A stretch of 64,000 bases of DNA from an uncultured Chloroflexia bacterium (GTDB taxonomy: Bacteria > Chloroflexota > Anaerolineae > Anaerolineales > UBA4823). Made by a program: the position numbers and the translations under genes. Under the pieces are notes generated by a model. It was not told where the DNA came from. It worked only from the letters and a program-made list of their open reading frames with translations, and did not search any database. The stretch covers positions 12,985-76,984 of the forward strand of contig CAVZEP010000001.1 of assembly GCA_963774275.1 (NCBI GenBank), given 5' to 3'. Positions 42,068 to 53,199 of this stretch are shown here, piece by piece. Each line of letters opens with the position of its first letter. Within the stretch, counting starts at the first letter, position 1.

Positions 42068-43252
42068 TTATTTAATCACACCCAGCTTACGCCCCACCCC
42101 GGCAAAGGTTTCCAGACCTTTATCTAAATCCTGACGATCATGGGCAGCTGAGATCATCACACGGATGCGGGCCTTGCCTTTGGGCACCGTGGGGAAACCG
42201 ATTGACATGGCAAACAAACCATTCTCGAACAGCTCACGGCTGAATTGCTGCGCCAGGGTTGCTTCACCCAGCATGATGGGGGTGATTGGAGTGGTGCTCA
42301 AACCGGTGTCAAAGCCCAGCGTGCGCATCTCGGTCTTGAAATAGCGGGTATTATTCCACAGCTTATCCACCAGCTCGGTAGATCCTTCAAGTATATCCAG
42401 TGCTGCCAGGCAAGCAGCCACGTCCGGGACGGTCATGGCTGAGGAGAACAGGAACGGACGGCCTCGCTGCCGGAGCCACTCAACCACCACGGGATTACCT
42501 GCAGAGACACCACCGACCACACCAAAAGCCTTGGAGAGGGTACCAATCTCGACATCCACTTTACCGTGCAAACCGAAATGGTCCACAATGCCACGCCCAC
42601 CCTTGCCAATCACACCTTCACCATGGGCATCATCCACCATCAGGATGGTATTATAGTTTTGAGACACCGCATAGATCTTATCCAGGGGGGCGATATCACC
42701 GTCCATGCTGAAGACGCCATCCGTGATTACCATGGCGCGTGGATACTTGGAGCGCTCCTCCCTTAACACCCGGTCAAGGTCTTCAGGGTTGCAGTGGGCA
42801 TAACGAATAATCTTAGCGCCACTGAGCCTGCAGCCATCGATGATACTGGCATGATTAAGCTCATCAGAGAAGACCGCATCGTCCTTGCCCACCAGGGCAG
42901 GTATGGTTCCCATATTGGCTGTGAAGCCGGATTGAAATGTGATCGCAGCTTCCACCCCTTTGAAGGCTGCAAGGCGGCGTTCCAGCTCTAAATGCAGGTC
43001 CATGGTACCGGCAATTGAGCGTACGGCTGCCGGACCCACACCATACTTCTTCACCGCTTCCTGGACAGCCTGGACGATGCGCGGATGGTTGGCAAGTCCT
43101 AAGTAATTGTTCGAACAAAAGTTAAGCACCCGCTTACCATCCACCACCAGCCACGCACCCTGGGGTGAGCTTAAAGTGCGGATGCGGTTATAAAGCCCAT
43201 CATCTTTCAGCTTTTGGATTTCATCTTGGATCCATTGAAGTTTGTCAGCCAT
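42068..43252 (-). CDS. kbl: Glycine C-acetyltransferase (class II PLP aminotransferase, Kbl/BioF family)
   Basis: [56 protein letters not shown]. Confidence 0.88.
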   Translation of the reverse strand: MADKLQWIQDEIQKLKDDGLYNRIRTLSSPQGAWLVVDGKRVLNFCSNNYLGLANHPRIVQAVQEAVKKYGVGPAAVRSIAGTMDLHLELERRLAAFKGVEAAITFQSGFTANMGTIPALVGKDDAVFSDELNHASIIDGCRLSGAKIIRYAHCNPEDLDRVLREERSKYPRAMVITDGVFSMDGDIAPLDKIYAVSQNYNTILMVDDAHGEGVIGKGGRGIVDHFGLHGKVDVEIGTLSKAFGVVGGVSAGNPVVVEWLRQRGRPFLFSSAMTVPDVAACLAALDILEGSTELVDKLWNNTRYFKTEMRTLGFDTGLSTTPITPIMLGEATLAQQFSRELFENGLFAMSIGFPTVPKGKARIRVMISAAHDRQDLDKGLETFAGVGRKLGVIK

Positions 43253-43309
43253 TGAGTCCCTCGATATCTGAATTTATTCCACAGCTATGGGCTGTGATTT
43301 ACCAGTGGA

Positions 43310-44308
43310 TTATTTGGGTGGTTTTGGCTTACGCCCACCGCCAAAGGTGAACATACGGGTAAAGACTTCCCTGGCAGTTGGGATTTCAACGCGTGGGGCG
43401 CTTTCGGTGGCAGCCCAATTGGCGGTGAACCTTTCGCTAAGCCATTTTTCTCGCCCCAGGCGGGCGCGCGATAACTCCTGGAGCAGCTTATCACTATCTT
43501 CAGCAGAAAGCTGCTGGCGTAGGTCAGACAAGTTCTCTATCAAAGCATCCATCAGCCGCACCAGGTGCGCCTGGGTCGAAATTGCCTGACTGGAGAGGGA
43601 TTTCTCCGCACCAACCTGTGCCACCAACCCCGTGGCAGTGGCATATGGGCGACCAGCCAGCTTGCGCGCTTCATACCAACCTGGTTGGTCGATGGTGATG
43701 TTCAACAGCGCCGCAGAGATTAATTGAGGTAGGATATGCGTGGCAGCCATCATGCTATCCAGCTCGACAGGGTCTATGAACATGTGCTCGGCACCTAGCA
43801 AGTGGCTGAAGTCAGTTGCCAGCTTGATAGCTTCCGATGGCACTCCCTGAGGAGATACGATGGCCATCAAGCCATTCTTGAACAAGTCGGCATGTGCAGC
43901 TTCAACGCCAGTTCCGAAACTATCCAGGTAGGCAGGGTTGATTACCGGGGTCAGACCGATGTAGTAGCGTTTGGGAGGCAGCATTTCACTGGCCCATTGC
44001 AGCACGTCGCTTTTCACCGGGGCGGTGTCCATGACGACCGCTTCCTCCTGCAATTCTGAGGCGATATATTTTAGAGTTTCTTGAATCTGGTCCAAGGGCA
44101 GTGCCAGGATCACAATCCCGGCTCCTGCAACCGAGTTGGGTAAATTGATATCCACCCGGTCAAACGCTCCCATGTCTTTAGCATGGTTGGCAACCCGGAT
44201 GTCCTTGTCGTGCCCCACGCGTAAAAACAAGTCTTTGTGCGCCTCCAAAGCCAGACCAATGGAGGCCCCAATTTGTCCGGTGCCAATGATGGTGATCTGA
44301 ACTGTCAT
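43310..44308 (-). CDS. Prephenate dehydrogenase (TyrA)-like protein with degenerate active site
   Basis: IIGTGQIGASIG Rossmann motif, AAHADLF motif, dimerisation helices; catalytic motifs altered. Confidence 0.75.
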   Translation of the reverse strand: MTVQITIIGTGQIGASIGLALEAHKDLFLRVGHDKDIRVANHAKDMGAFDRVDINLPNSVAGAGIVILALPLDQIQETLKYIASELQEEAVVMDTAPVKSDVLQWASEMLPPKRYYIGLTPVINPAYLDSFGTGVEAAHADLFKNGLMAIVSPQGVPSEAIKLATDFSHLLGAEHMFIDPVELDSMMAATHILPQLISAALLNITIDQPGWYEARKLAGRPYATATGLVAQVGAEKSLSSQAISTQAHLVRLMDALIENLSDLRQQLSAEDSDKLLQELSRARLGREKWLSERFTANWAATESAPRVEIPTAREVFTRMFTFGGGRKPKPPK

Positions 44309-44321
44309 GTTTTCACCTCAA

Positions 44322-44858
44322 CTAACTCTCATTATCAACTGACCATAGCTTATGCAGTAAGCTGGTGTCTGCACCATCGGTGGACGGCGAGTGTGGATCA
44401 TGGTGCAAGCGGATCAAGCTTTCGGTCTGGTGGCTCACTCCCGCCTGATGGGCAAGCTCAGCGCCCCAGTTCGCATGCTGCGTGGTTACAATGAACGCCT
44501 TACGCCATCCAGGCAAGTTCTCCCAGCCATCGGGTGGCAGGCACCCCCAGTGGTGGGCTTGCTCCGGCACGACTGCCTTTACCAGGACAATCATCGCCCG
44601 CTCCAATGGATTCAGACGATAACGCAACTTTCCTATATCATGGAGTAAAGCTGCTATCAGCAGATCAGGCTCATTTTCACCTTGCTCTCGCAGCTTATTA
44701 AACATGGTTACCGCATGGCCTTTCTCACCAGTCTGTAATTGTTCAAAAAGCATCCACTGCATGGGGCTTAATTGCGCCTGTACTTGCTCAAGCTCGTATG
44801 GTTTCGTTTTTAAGGTTACTGTGCGCCAGAATTGGCGCACGCGATACAAGATGCGCAC
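44322..44858 (-). CDS. HD-domain protein
   Basis: H..., ALLHDIGK, H..WGA, HH and terminal D motifs. Confidence 0.78.
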   Translation of the reverse strand: MRILYRVRQFWRTVTLKTKPYELEQVQAQLSPMQWMLFEQLQTGEKGHAVTMFNKLREQGENEPDLLIAALLHDIGKLRYRLNPLERAMIVLVKAVVPEQAHHWGCLPPDGWENLPGWRKAFIVTTQHANWGAELAHQAGVSHQTESLIRLHHDPHSPSTDGADTSLLHKLWSVDNES

Positions 44859-44863
44859 TTAAT

Positions 44864-45526
44864 CTATGCACCTATCAACAGCCGGGTGAGTAGACTAAAT
44901 ACCGGTTGGATAACTTTACCAATCACATCGATGCCTATTAAAGGTAATACAAACAAGATGACCATCAGGATCATTGTCCCGTATGGGCGGATATTTTCCA
45001 ATATTCGCACTCCCGCGGGAGGCAAGAAATAATCCAACACTTTCTCACCATCCAAGGGAAACAGAGGAATCAGGTTGAACAACATCAGCCACAGGTTGAC
45101 GCTGACGAACAGGTACAGGAAGAGCGAAACCGTGGGCAGGACCTCCCCGGAGACGATCCTGATATTGCCAGTTGAAACCAATCCAAGCCGGAAGAAAGCA
45201 GAACCCAGAATAGCCATCAATAAATTCGACATGGGACCAGCGAGTGAAACCCACATGGTTGCTGCCGGTGAGCGCCGCTGCAGTACATAGGGGTTAATGG
45301 GCACCGGTTTTGCCCACCCAAAGCCCACCACGATCATCAGCAGTGATCCGATGGGGTCAAGATGGGCCAAAGGGTTAAGCGTCAGGCGTCCATTGGCGCG
45401 CGGGGTGTTATCCCCAAAATAATTAGCCGTCCAGGCGTGGGCAAACTCATGCACTGGAAAGGCGGTGAGTAAAATTATGACATAGGTGATCAGCTGTGGA
45501 AGGGAGGGTAAAAATCCAAGGTTCAA
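44864..45526 (-). CDS. Site-2 protease (M50) family protein
   Basis: HEFAH, GRLTLNP..HLDP, GWAKPVP, AGP.SN, FNLIP.FPLDG; probable TTG start after AAGGAG. Confidence 0.9.
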   Translation of the reverse strand: MNLGFLPSLPQLITYVIILLTAFPVHEFAHAWTANYFGDNTPRANGRLTLNPLAHLDPIGSLLMIVVGFGWAKPVPINPYVLQRRSPAATMWVSLAGPMSNLLMAILGSAFFRLGLVSTGNIRIVSGEVLPTVSLFLYLFVSVNLWLMLFNLIPLFPLDGEKVLDYFLPPAGVRILENIRPYGTMILMVILFVLPLIGIDVIGKVIQPVFSLLTRLLIGA

Positions 45527-45546
45527 AGGAGTCTCCTTAGGCAAGG

Positions 45547-45585
45547 ATTATACCATCCAGTGATATTACGGCTGCGTGATATAAT
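45547..45585. promoter_or_regulatory. Back-to-back extended -10 promoters
   Basis: TGGTATAAT on the minus strand (45547-45555) and TGATATAAT on the plus strand (45577-45585). Confidence 0.6.
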
Positions 45586-45591
45586 GCCCTC

Positions 45592-45804
45592 ATGTTGCCC
45601 GACTTAAAGCTGGATGATGTCCTTCGGCTACGCAAACCGCATCCCTGTGGTAGCTTCGAATGGAAGGTTGTACGGTTGGGTGCAGATATCGGCTTAGTAT
45701 GCCTGAGCTGCGGGCGACGAGTTTTATTGCCACGACGCCAGCTTGCCCGTAGGGTGAAGTCCATCTCACCTCACTCTGAAACCCCCGCCTCCCCAGATGG
45801 CTGA
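45592..45804 (+). CDS. DUF951 family protein
   Basis: [10 protein letters not shown]...RLGADI...C..CGR.V.LPR. Confidence 0.88.
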   Translation: MLPDLKLDDVLRLRKPHPCGSFEWKVVRLGADIGLVCLSCGRRVLLPRRQLARRVKSISPHSETPASPDG

Positions 45805-46936
45805 TCTCTCCACCAAACGCCCTCATATCCTGTTCCTATTTTCAGATACTGGCGGGGGTCACCGCAGCGCCACAGAAGCGATCATTGAAGCCCTCCAGCT
45901 AGAGTTTGGCAACCGTATCTCAACCCAAATGGTGGACATCTTCCTGGATTTTGCCCCACGGCCACTCAACTACCTGCCCAAATGGTACCCCTATATGGTG
46001 CGCTTCCCCGAAGTATGGGGGTTTAGCTACCGCTTAAGCAATGGTAGCCGCCGAGCCAGGGTGATTGTCGAGAGTGCTTATCCGTACGTGCGCCGCAGCC
46101 TGCACAAGGTAATCAACCAGAACCCCGCAGATATGATCGTTTCCTTGCACCCGCTTGCCAACGACCCTTTCCTGCATGCGTTGGGTAAGGGTCATCCACC
46201 TTTCATCACGGTCGTTACCGACCTGGTGACAACCCATGCCCTGTGGTATCACGAAGGGGTGGACCTGTGCTTGGTTCCGACCGAGGCAGCCCGCCAGCGT
46301 GGTTTGCTTGCCAACCTCAGACCGGAACAATTGAAGGTCGTCGGATTGCCGGTAGCAGATCGCTTTTGCCAGCCAACCGGTGATAAAACAGCCTTACGCC
46401 AGAGACTTGGTTGGCCTGATGACTGCCTGGTAGTCTTGTTGGTGGGTGGAGGAGAAGGCATGGGCCCGCTGGAGAAAACTGCGCTAGCGATTGCAGAGGC
46501 GAACCTGCCGGTCACGTTGGTTGTCATTGCTGGGCGTAATGCAGAACTTAAGGAACGCTTAGAGGCCCGCCAGTGGCCAATGAGAACCTTTATCTATGGC
46601 TTCGTGCATGAGATGCCAGACTTCATGCAGGCTGCCGATATCCTGGTCACAAAGGCTGGTCCGGGCACAATCAGCGAAGCACTCAACGCCGGATTACCCA
46701 TGATCCTGTACAGCCGCCTGCCTGGCCAGGAAGATGGTAATGTGGATTACGTTATCTCTGAGGGGGTTGGTTTTTGGGCACCTAAAACCAGTTATATTGT
46801 CAGCGCGTTGCAGGCATGGATCTCTCACCCAAAGCAACGCGAGCTGGCAGCTGAAGCATGCTGCCAGGCCGCGCGACCCCAGGCAGCCCGGGAGATTGCA
46901 TACATCCTGGCAAACCGGCTGGGAATACATAACTAG
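45797..46936 (+). CDS. MGDG synthase/UgtP-like glycosyltransferase (GT28)
   Basis: [37 protein letters not shown]. Confidence 0.88.
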   Translation: MADLSTKRPHILFLFSDTGGGHRSATEAIIEALQLEFGNRISTQMVDIFLDFAPRPLNYLPKWYPYMVRFPEVWGFSYRLSNGSRRARVIVESAYPYVRRSLHKVINQNPADMIVSLHPLANDPFLHALGKGHPPFITVVTDLVTTHALWYHEGVDLCLVPTEAARQRGLLANLRPEQLKVVGLPVADRFCQPTGDKTALRQRLGWPDDCLVVLLVGGGEGMGPLEKTALAIAEANLPVTLVVIAGRNAELKERLEARQWPMRTFIYGFVHEMPDFMQAADILVTKAGPGTISEALNAGLPMILYSRLPGQEDGNVDYVISEGVGFWAPKTSYIVSALQAWISHPKQRELAAEACCQAARPQAAREIAYILANRLGIHN

Positions 46937-46948
46937 GTGGGTTTGTGG

Positions 46949-48191
46949 ATGACTACCTCTAAACGCCTCCCCGCCCGGTTTAACTTGCTCACTGCCATGC
47001 TCTGGTTGCTAGTGGCTAGCAGGGATCTGCCTCGTGCTGTGGCAGGTAATTACGCGTATCTCGGGGAGCAACCTACCCGTCAGCACCGCCACTCCCAATC
47101 AAACCCTGGTATACCGGACTATTGCGGCTATCCTGACCGCTCAATACACCAGTACCGCCGGAACCGAGACCCAAACGGGCACCTTATCACCCACCACAAT
47201 ATCCACCCCGGTTACCTCCATACCATCTCAAGATAAGTCCTCTACACCTGGAGCTGATCATCAGACCAGCACCCCAGAGCTTTCTTGTAACCGGGCAGCA
47301 GCGGGCAATCCAATTGACATAACCATCCCGGATGATAGCTTGATCTCCCCGGGGACGAGTTTTATAAAAACCTGGAAGCTGGTGAACATTGGCTCCTGCA
47401 CCTGGTCGACGTCCTATTACGCCAGCTTTTTCTACGGCGACCGTATGGGTGCTCTCGAGACGGTTGCCTTGAAGGAAGCTGTCCTTCCGGCACAGAGCGT
47501 CGAAATTTCCATTGAAATGGTGGCTCCGATATACCCCGGCACCTACCAGGGTAACTGGAAGCTGAGCGACCCGAGCGGCGTCTTGTTTGGCATCGGTCCC
47601 AACAGCGATTCACCTATCTGGGTGCGCATCATCGTCCCTGAAAACCCGTCAAACACTGCCACGGTCACACCTGGCACCACGCCAACCTTCAGCACCACCG
47701 TATCGCCATCCGCCACATTCACCGCCAGCCCCACCCAAAGCCCCTCTCCCACGCTCACCGCCAGCCCCACCCAAAGCCCCGCACCCACCTCCAGCAGTAC
47801 GAACCCCCCTGCGCCAACAGCCACTGTCACGCCACCTGTCCAAGCGAGTGGCGAGCTAATAGCCATCCCGGGCGATACGATCGATTTAGACACGCTCAGC
47901 GTGAACAGCAATGATGAAGACCTGATTTACCAGGTGGATGCCAGCAACTATCATTGGCTGGCTCCCACAAACGAAGCAACGATCGGTGTTTTTGGTAATC
48001 TGGAACCCTCGCTGGCAGATTGCCAGTCTGCCAATATGAGCCCGGCTCCGATTGCACTGGAAAGCCTATCGACCGGTACCTATTTATGCTATACCACCAG
48101 CCAAGGACGGATAGGCTGGTCACACTTTAGCGCTTTAGACCCGACCAATTTCACTCTCAGCCTTGACTTGCTCACCTGGGCCCTACCATGA
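46949..48191 (+). CDS. Membrane-anchored NBR1-Ig-like domain protein (frameshift near 47015)
   Basis: DITIPD...PG..F.KTW.L.N.GSC.W...PG.YQG.W.L NBR1-like motif; Ser/Thr/Pro-rich linkers. Confidence 0.72.
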
Positions 48192-49024
48192 GCACCCTCT
48201 ACCTGGTGGCGACCCCAATCGGGAACCTGGAGGATATCAGCGCACGTGCTGTTCGCGTGCTGCGTGAAGTGCGGCTGATTGCGGCTGAAGACACCCGCCA
48301 AACCTCCAAGCTACTGCAACGCTATGACATCCACACCCCAAGCATCAGTTATCACGAACATAATAAGCTGGTAAAGCTGGAACGGGTGCTATCCGCACTT
48401 GAGGCGGGAGATGTGGCGCTGGTCTCAGATGCCGGCACTCCAGCATTGAATGACCCGGGGTATGAGCTGGTGCGGGAAGTCATCGCCGCGGGGCACATGG
48501 TGAGCCCCATCCCAGGCGCTTGCGCCCCGATCGCAGCACTGGTAGCATCCGGACTACCCACCGATGCCTTTCTTTACCTGGGTTATCTCTCCCGCAAGCG
48601 TCAGGAACGTCAGCGCCAGCTGGCAGAAGTTTCCAGCCTGCCTTACACGCTGATCTTCCTGGAAACACCGCAGCGGTTGCTCGCCTCCCTGGATGATCTG
48701 GAAGGTGTGCTCGGTGATCGCCAGATCGCCGTGGGGCGTGAACTGACCAAGCTGCATGAAGAGATCTTCCGGGGTAGTTTGAGTGAGGCCAGGCAGCACT
48801 TCACGCAAAACCCACCAAGGGGAGAGTTCACCCTGGTGCTGGCGGGCAAAGCCAGTCAAATGGAACGTTGGACTGACGAGCATCTTGAGGCTGAGCTTCA
48901 AACGCACCTTTCCAATGGAGAACCCTCCTCAAAGCTGGCTGCCCGGCTGGCAGCGCCATCCGGCTGGTCACGCCGGGAGATCTACCAGACCGTGCTTAAA
49001 ATCCAGGGAAAAAAGAACCCCTGA
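48188..49024 (+). CDS. rsmI: 16S rRNA C1402 2'-O-methyltransferase
   Basis: LYLVATPIGNLEDI, AEDTR, VSDAGTP..NDPG, RELTKLHEE. Confidence 0.95.
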   Translation: MSTLYLVATPIGNLEDISARAVRVLREVRLIAAEDTRQTSKLLQRYDIHTPSISYHEHNKLVKLERVLSALEAGDVALVSDAGTPALNDPGYELVREVIAAGHMVSPIPGACAPIAALVASGLPTDAFLYLGYLSRKRQERQRQLAEVSSLPYTLIFLETPQRLLASLDDLEGVLGDRQIAVGRELTKLHEEIFRGSLSEARQHFTQNPPRGEFTLVLAGKASQMERWTDEHLEAELQTHLSNGEPSSKLAARLAAPSGWSRREIYQTVLKIQGKKNP

Positions 49025-49069
49025 AAACGCTAAACATATCTTCTCGCCCGATCATTCATCCTAAAGACT

Positions 49070-50128
49070 ATGGACCTAAACGAATTCGGCTCTTTCCACA
49101 TCATTGACAAGCAAAATTACCTGGCTGAGATCGAAAACCTGCCCAGCCAGCTGGAGAATGCCTACTCGCAAGGCCTGAAGTTGAGCCTGCCAGACTGGCA
49201 GGGCATCCAACGCGTGCTCATTGCTGGGATGGGCGGCTCAGCCATCGGAGCTGACCTGCTGGCAGCCTACGCGGCCCCCCTTAGCGGAGTGCCGATCCTG
49301 GTGCAGCGCAGCTACAGCCTGCCCGCCTGGGTGCAGGGACCGGAGACATTGGTCATTGCCAGCTCACATTCGGGAAATACCGAGGAAACCCTTTCGGCTT
49401 TCGAGCAGGCTTCCAAAAGCAATTGCCGCATCCTGGCACTCAGTACTGGGGGTAAATTGGCTGAGATAGCTAAAGACGCAAATATCCCGTTGTGGACTTT
49501 TGAGCACTCTGGGCAGCCAAGGGCAGCAGTGGGTTTTTCTTTTGGCTTGCTGCTGGCACTGTGTTACCGGTCGGGGTTGCTGCCTGATCCCACCGATGAG
49601 CTGGCTAGGGCAATCAAGGCTATGCGCATGCAACAGGTAAGCATTCAAGCTGATATACCCGTAGTGCACAACCCTGCCAAGCGCGAAGCGGGGCAGCTCG
49701 TCGGGCGTTGGGTGATGGTTTTCGGGGCAGACGTGCTCGAACCAGTGGCCAGGCGTTGGAAGACGCAGCTCAACGAACTGGCCAAAGCCTGGGCACAATT
49801 CGAAGCGCTGCCGGAGGCGGATCACAACGCCCTGGCAGGGCTGGCGCAACCAGAACCAGCGCTATCGAACGCCATGGCGCTGTTCTTGCGGGCTGATTCC
49901 TACCACCCACGCAACCAACTGCGCACCGATCTCACCAAGCAGGCTTACATGCTGGAAGGGCTGAACACGGATTTCGTGGATGCCCAGGGAGAGACTCCCC
50001 TGGCGCAGATGTGGACTGCCCTGCACATGGGGGATTACGTGGCGTATTACCTGGCCATGCTATATGACATCGACCCCACCCCGATTGAGGCGCTGGTGGG
50101 GTTTAAGCGGCAGCTGGCTCAAAGTTAG
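49070..50128 (+). CDS. Bifunctional phosphoglucose/phosphomannose isomerase
   Basis: GMGGSAIG, S.SGNTEET, QPRAA, RWKTQ.NE.AK, PE.DHN, DPTP. Confidence 0.88.
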   Translation: MDLNEFGSFHIIDKQNYLAEIENLPSQLENAYSQGLKLSLPDWQGIQRVLIAGMGGSAIGADLLAAYAAPLSGVPILVQRSYSLPAWVQGPETLVIASSHSGNTEETLSAFEQASKSNCRILALSTGGKLAEIAKDANIPLWTFEHSGQPRAAVGFSFGLLLALCYRSGLLPDPTDELARAIKAMRMQQVSIQADIPVVHNPAKREAGQLVGRWVMVFGADVLEPVARRWKTQLNELAKAWAQFEALPEADHNALAGLAQPEPALSNAMALFLRADSYHPRNQLRTDLTKQAYMLEGLNTDFVDAQGETPLAQMWTALHMGDYVAYYLAMLYDIDPTPIEALVGFKRQLAQS

Positions 50129-50295
50129 AACGCCTGACCCATCTTGGAACACATGGAAAGTTAATGAAGCTATCACCAATTTGAGGTACCCGGACGGGAT
50201 ATAATTCCCAAATTACAATAGCAATCCTGGCTTCATGATTCTATGAAACATAGTGAAGCGTGATTAAATTAACCAACCTAAAGAAAGGAAATACT

Positions 50296-51045
50296 ATGAA
50301 AACCAAGACCATCTATACTTGCCTTCTGCTTTTATCCATGGTGGTGACAAGTTGCAGCGCCCTGACGAACGTAGGCATAAAGGTGATCACCCCATCCAAT
50401 ACGATCATCAGTGAAAATCGCGATGTGAGCGGTTTTAAAGCGTTTGAGTTCAGCACATTTGGCAAGGTAAATATTATCGCGGGCGACAAAGAGTCGCTCA
50501 ACATATCCGGTCCCGACAACCTGGTCCCGGAAATCATCACGACGGTAAGTAATGGAACCCTGACCATCAAGACCAAGAATAATATCACCGTCCCATCCCT
50601 CAACAGCGAAAACATGCTGACTTTCACCATCGTGGTCAAGGAGCTTACCTCGCTGGCGATCAGCGGAGCGGGAGACGTCCAGGTTGAAACCCTCTCGACT
50701 CCCAGCATGGTATTGGCCATGAGCGGAGCCGGAAGGGTCCAGATGAGTCAGCTTACCACCGACAGCCTGGAGCTTAATCTAAGCGGGGCTGGCGGGTTGG
50801 AGATCAAGGGTGCTGCTTCGGAAGCGACCATTAATATTTCTGGTGCTGGTGGTGTGAATGCCCCGGACCTGAAAATCCAAACTGCCAACATCACTATCTC
50901 GGGATTAGGCAGTGTCACCCTGTGGGTAACTGACCTGCTGACCGGTGAGATAAGCGGTGCTGGCAGTGTCTCGTATTACGGCTCCCCCCAGGCAAATACA
51001 ACTTCCTCAGGCTTGGGCCAATTCAAATCTCTGGGTGACAAGTAA
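50296..51045 (+). CDS. DUF2807 (head GIN) lipoprotein
   Basis: VTSC lipobox; repeated SGAG motifs; GSVSYYGSP. Confidence 0.82.
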   Translation: MKTKTIYTCLLLLSMVVTSCSALTNVGIKVITPSNTIISENRDVSGFKAFEFSTFGKVNIIAGDKESLNISGPDNLVPEIITTVSNGTLTIKTKNNITVPSLNSENMLTFTIVVKELTSLAISGAGDVQVETLSTPSMVLAMSGAGRVQMSQLTTDSLELNLSGAGGLEIKGAASEATINISGAGGVNAPDLKIQTANITISGLGSVTLWVTDLLTGEISGAGSVSYYGSPQANTTSSGLGQFKSLGDK

Positions 51046-51111
51046 TTTCCTCTGATCACATAGCTTGTGCATAAGGAAAGACTCCCCAGTACTTGGGGAG
51101 CCTTTACGCTG

Positions 51112-51160
51112 AAAAAGAAAAACATTCCAACGTTTATTCCTGCCAACGTTGGAATGTGTT
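51112..51160 (-). terminator. Intrinsic terminator of arsM
   Basis: ACATTCCAACGTT...AACGTTGGAATGT stem with a T-tract on the minus strand; a second hairpin at about 51077-51105 probably serves the convergent gene. Confidence 0.7.
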
Positions 51161-51162
51161 GT

Positions 51163-52086
51163 TTATGGCTTGTAGGCCGTGATCTTGGCGCTGAAGATGG
51201 CTTTCTTGAGCCGTAAGGCTTCCTCTTCGTCCAGCGCAATCACCTTGGTCTCGGCCCCATCATTGATTACCAGCCGCTTTCCAGATTTACCATCCCCTGA
51301 GGAGGGGATATCCTTCACAAACTCATCGATGGTCTCATCGTCAAAGTACACCGGGGTGATCTCTGTACGCGTGAATCCCGAAGCTTCGATATCAGCGAGG
51401 TAGTCTTTCACATCCAGCGCCCCCGCCACACAACCCGCCCAGGCGCTCAGGCTATCCTTGATGCCCTGGGGCAGGGGACCGTCGGTGACAATATCACTGA
51501 TGGCGAGCTTACCGCCCGATCGCAGCACCCGGAAAGCCTCGCGAAAGACCTGCGGCTTATCCGGCGAGAGGTTGACCACGCAGTTGGAGATGATGACGTC
51601 CACGCTGTTATCTGCCACGGGCAGGTGCTCGATCTCACCCAGGCGGAAATCAACATTGGTGAAACCCATCCTGGCTTGATTGGCACGCGCTTTTTCGAGC
51701 ATCTCGGGAGTCATATCCACACCGATCACATGACCCGCCTCGCCCACCTTTTTGGCAGCCATGAAGCAATCGATGCCACCCCCGGAACCAAGATCGAGCA
51801 CGGTCTGACCGGGCTGGAGAGAGGCCAGGGTGATGGGGTCACCACAGCCCATGGAGAGGCCGGTCACTTCCTCGGGCAGGGTGTTGAGCTCAGAGAGAGG
51901 ATAAAGCTTGCTGGCAGAAATATCTTCCGCCCCGCTTGAGCCACAGCAGCTCGTCGAAGCAGGACCGCAGCAGCTGGCCTGTTGGGCTTTGGGTTTGAAA
52001 TCTGCAGCGGCTTTTCCATAATGCTCCCGCACCACGGTGTGGATGTCTGTGGGATTGTCCTTTACGTTTGAATCTGTCATGGTCAT
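51163..52086 (-). CDS. arsM: Arsenite methyltransferase
   Basis: N-terminal CC pairs, GCGDP, DLGSGGG.DC, ISNCV.NL.PDK, W.GC.AGA. Confidence 0.92.
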   Translation of the reverse strand: MTMTDSNVKDNPTDIHTVVREHYGKAAADFKPKAQQASCCGPASTSCCGSSGAEDISASKLYPLSELNTLPEEVTGLSMGCGDPITLASLQPGQTVLDLGSGGGIDCFMAAKKVGEAGHVIGVDMTPEMLEKARANQARMGFTNVDFRLGEIEHLPVADNSVDVIISNCVVNLSPDKPQVFREAFRVLRSGGKLAISDIVTDGPLPQGIKDSLSAWAGCVAGALDVKDYLADIEASGFTRTEITPVYFDDETIDEFVKDIPSSGDGKSGKRLVINDGAETKVIALDEEEALRLKKAIFSAKITAYKP

Positions 52087-52237
52087 TACTCCTTTAAAGA
52101 TTATTTAATACACCTGGTTTTATATGCATGGATAAGCAATCTTGTCCATCATATTAATGTTCCAAAAGGTGGGATCCGCTTTGGGTTGGATGTCCTGATT
52201 GTTCTTTGGACTTATATTCATAGATGCCATGCAATAA

Positions 52238-52344
52238 ATTATATCCATTTTTTTCGATTCGTCAAGAGGGAAAAGGCAATATTAATCTATTAATTTCGAT
52301 AATTTTGCCTTTTACTTGACATTTCTGACGTCTGATGATATTAT
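52238..52344. promoter_or_regulatory. Divergent arsM/ArsR promoters with a central inverted repeat
   Basis: TTGACG-N16-TATAAT (minus, 52238-52265); TTGACA-N17-TATTAT (plus, 52316-52344); 13/14 inverted repeat at 52271-52313. Confidence 0.7.
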
Positions 52345-52397
52345 AAAGCCTGAATTCATTGATAATTATGGATGGATTTCTAAACAAGGATAGTCTT

Positions 52398-52970
52398 ATG
52401 GATAATATTAACTCCACCCTGATCTCACAATTGCTGGACAAGGCATTTGAAAACACCGCTAAGCAGGAACGACTGGCGTTCGTGGAAAAGCTGTTTGGGC
52501 AGTTGCCGCCGGAAGGTCAGCAAGAGTTCCTACTCAAATTGACGCACAACCTGTTTGAGATTGGAACCTGCACGCCCGAGCCGCTGATTGATAATGAGAA
52601 CGAGGCATTAAAACCCAAGCTGATCAAGATCGTCCAGGCCTCCCCGGAGGATTTTGCCCCGGGGCAGATTTGCTGCCAGGCGCTGACCGTGTTCGCCAGG
52701 GTACCCGGTATGAATGAGGAACAAGTGGTGAGCGTGGCGCAGATGTTCAACGGGCTGGCGGATGAAACGCGAGTCAAGATCGTCAAGCTGTTATCCAAGG
52801 GTGAGTTCACCGTGGATGAGCTGGTGGAATTGCTGGGAGTAGCCCAATCCACCACCTCGCACCACCTGCGGGTGCTCAAGGAGGCCAATTTAATCCAGGG
52901 GGAAAAGCGGGGACGGAATATCTATTATGCGCTGGTGAAGCCAGAAGGGGCGACGGTTGAGGCTAGCTAA
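52398..52970 (+). CDS. ArsR/SmtB family regulator with N-terminal extension
   Basis: F..LADETR.KI...L, QST.SHHL.VLK.A.LI....RGR..YY wHTH. Confidence 0.88.
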   Translation: MDNINSTLISQLLDKAFENTAKQERLAFVEKLFGQLPPEGQQEFLLKLTHNLFEIGTCTPEPLIDNENEALKPKLIKIVQASPEDFAPGQICCQALTVFARVPGMNEEQVVSVAQMFNGLADETRVKIVKLLSKGEFTVDELVELLGVAQSTTSHHLRVLKEANLIQGEKRGRNIYYALVKPEGATVEAS

Positions 52971-53150
52971 CCCTTTCTCGGAAGTAAATTAATACATAGC
53001 GATAATCACAAGTTGCTCTCCAGAGCATAACAGAAAATAGATCCTCAAGATAAATTCCAATCATCAAATGAACGTGGACCTGGCTGATCCAACCATGACG
53101 CATGCTTCAACTGTCAGATATCTGCATGGTTTTTTACGTTTCCTCCTCAC

Positions 53151-53178
53151 TTGACACCCCCCCAGCCTCATGTATAAT
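53151..53178 (+). promoter_or_regulatory. Sigma70 promoter of the serS leader
   Basis: TTGACA-N16-TATAAT with perfect consensus hexamers. Confidence 0.75.
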
Positions 53179-53199
53179 CCTCACCAATCTATCACCTAT

